From Vitrella brassicaformis CCMP3155 (Eukaryota > Protista > Chromerida), in contig CDMY01000479.1 in assembly GCA_001179505.1 (NCBI GenBank), positions 4,661 through 68,660 of the forward strand: DNA of 64,000 bases. Direction: 5' to 3'. Every line of letters starts with the position of its first letter. Position 1 is the stretch's first letter. The notes under the pieces were generated by a model that saw nothing but the letters and a program-made list of their open reading frames with translations, did not search any database and was not told the origin of the DNA. A program made the position numbers and the translations under genes. Below are positions 62,036 through 64,000 of this stretch, piece by piece.

Positions 62036-63798
62036 TTAGTCTACGGCTACGTCTAGCTGGTTGCCGAACACCACTTGTGCGTCGGCTCCCATGACCTGCC
62101 GCACCCGCCTCACTGTCTGGGGGAACCTGGCGGCTCCGACCCCCATGACCGGAGGCTCCGTCGTGTAGAGGGAGGCGGCGGCAACGGTGGGGGTGCTGAA
62201 GATGGAGATGTGTGCCGCGAATGTCTGGCCGGGCTGATCGCCATGCAGCACTATCACTCGGTAGAAGGATCCTTCTGCCGGCCAGTGGCTGGTGCTGGTG
62301 GTGTGGCAGCCCCAGATGGGCGGCGGCTGAGTGGCGAGCTGCCGCTGGAGAGAAGGTGAGATATGACAGTGAGTGAGTGGGGCAGTTGGTGAGGCTCTTC
62401 ATGTGTTCCTTGCTGACCAGACGGTTGTGGCGTGTGGCATCGTTGGACCGGAGTACCCTTCGATCCGCGACCTCCGATCCTCCCCAACGCATCCTGATCA
62501 GACAGACCACGGCAGAGCGGTGCAGCCACTGTGTTTATGTGTCCGCGTGTGTCGTTCTATGCATCTTCTCATGCATACAACACAGCGTCGCGAACTGAAG
62601 CAAAGTCGGCATCTGCGAAAAGACATACACACACGCAAACAAATGGTCCCCCTGCTATAGCTCTGCGCCCTCTCCCTCACCATAATACGCACACACGGGA
62701 TTGGCCTCGTCGTATCCGTTGCGGAAGGGGCTGTTGGCCGGCAGTGTGTGCCGGGTGCGGATGGTCAGTCGACGCCCATCCAGCAGCTCCACACCGCTGT
62801 TGCGGCGCTCGAGAGCGATGTTGATGTGCCGCTTGATGAGTGAGAGCTGGCGCAGCGCCTCACACCGCCCCTCGAACACCGCCCGGCTGCCCACCCCCTC
62901 CACATCAGCACTGCCCAGTTCTATCGGCAGCTGCCCGCCTCTCCACCCCTGATGCTTGGCCACCCTGACGATCGCCACCGTCGCCGCCCACTCGTCGCTC
63001 TGCTGGATGATGTCCAGCAGCCGCAGCAGATGGCCGACGGATGGCAGGTCGTAGCTGAGAATGTCCTTGAGGCCTTTGGCGACGAGAAGTGCATCGATCT
63101 GCGTCTTGACATAGGCCTCCGACACGCGCCGGCTGCCGTGTGTGCAGGTGCGGCGGAGGCGGGCGAGGCCATCGGGGCCGAGCAGGCGAAGAAGACGTCA
63201 CGCTCGACCTCCGGTGGCAGGTCGAACAGGCCAACGTGCTGGCCGGGCTGAGGCGAAAGGCGGCAGAATGAGAGATATGTGTGGCTGTCTGTGTGTGTCT
63301 GTTCTCTGTGGCTGTCTGTGTGTGTGTACCGTGTTGCCGTTGGACTGATCGCGTGGCGCCCTCTCAAGTAATGTGAAGCCCTCATGCACCTGCACACACC
63401 ACAACACACACACACACACACAAAAGGTGGATCAGCAGCCACCGGACCGATGGGCACATCAGAATGCCTACCTGTTGGCCGTGCGGCGATGTGTTGGCCT
63501 GGTGCGGCACCACCACAGTGAACACCTCTCTGCCCGCTACTTCCCTCATCGACACCCTCGTCCCTCCGCCGGTCTCCTCAGTGCGGTAGACGTCGGCTTT
63601 GACCCACTCCTGCCCGCCCTTCTCTCGATTGGCCGTCACCATCCACACACGCGTGCCGGTCTTGTAGCGCTCGTGGGACGACGGCACCATCTGATGGATC
63701 AATGGATGAAACCAATCAACCAAATGAATGAGTGAATGGGCTACTCGTACATGTGGCTGCGGGAGGTCTGCAGCAGCAGATGAAGATGCAGCCCCCAT
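62036..63798 (-). CDS. Lineage-specific multi-exon hypothetical protein with an F-box-like segment, of the type I recall as highly expanded in Vitrella
   Basis: GLFDLPPEVERDVFFAC is F-box-like, followed by TQIDALL...LLRLLDIIQQSDEWA...AKHQG...LPIELG...VGSRAVFEGRCEALRQLSLI...DEANP. The last exon ends GNQLDVAVD* at 62036. GT-AG introns are consistent. The family assignment is from memory. Confidence 0.65.
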
Positions 63799-64000
63799 GG
63801 CACCGCACTGGCCAAGCACACCTGAAAGCAAGAGCACAGAGGCACACAGTGCATCTCATCCCTCCAGCCATTCCTCTCATCTTACCCCCCATGATTGAGT
63901 TGGTGATTTCTCGGCTGTTTCTCCTCCTTTTCGGATGAGCGAGCGTGTATCGGACTACACCCAACCCCCTCCACCTACCCTCATCCCGCGAGACGGCGGC

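Overview
Eukaryotic, intron-dense genomic DNA with GC-rich exons and short (~65-95 nt) microsatellite-filled GT-AG introns. It is most consistent with the chromerid alga Vitrella brassicaformis; this is an inference from intron style and gene families, not a database match. Gene models were assembled by hand from ORF pieces and splice signals, so ends are approximate. Recognisable genes: twinfilin, an 8-EF-hand protein, a ~13.7-kb AK9-like adenylate kinase, a TMEM87/GPR107-family 7TM protein, a bacterial-type kinase-M23-aminotransferase III fusion, LAS1 and a secreted DNase I-like (EEP) nuclease. The accessory content is: two paralogous secreted Cys-rich proteins, a 5'-truncated RLE-type non-LTR retrotransposon, a truncated IQ/DEAH-helicase fragment, two F-box-like/LRR-like paralogs in a ~4-kb inverted duplication ~38 kb apart, and a lineage-specific family gene at the right end. 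The strongest novelty candidates are three: (1) a family of non-catalytic proteins with tandem CBM25-like (starch-binding) domains, seen as 2 full copies and 2 remnants; (2) the three-domain fusion with a dead M23 domain and a C-terminal membrane anchor; (3) many introns with complementary 5'-(AC)n and 3'-(UG)n tracts. There are two 300-N assembly gaps. No rRNA, tRNA or CRISPR array was supported.
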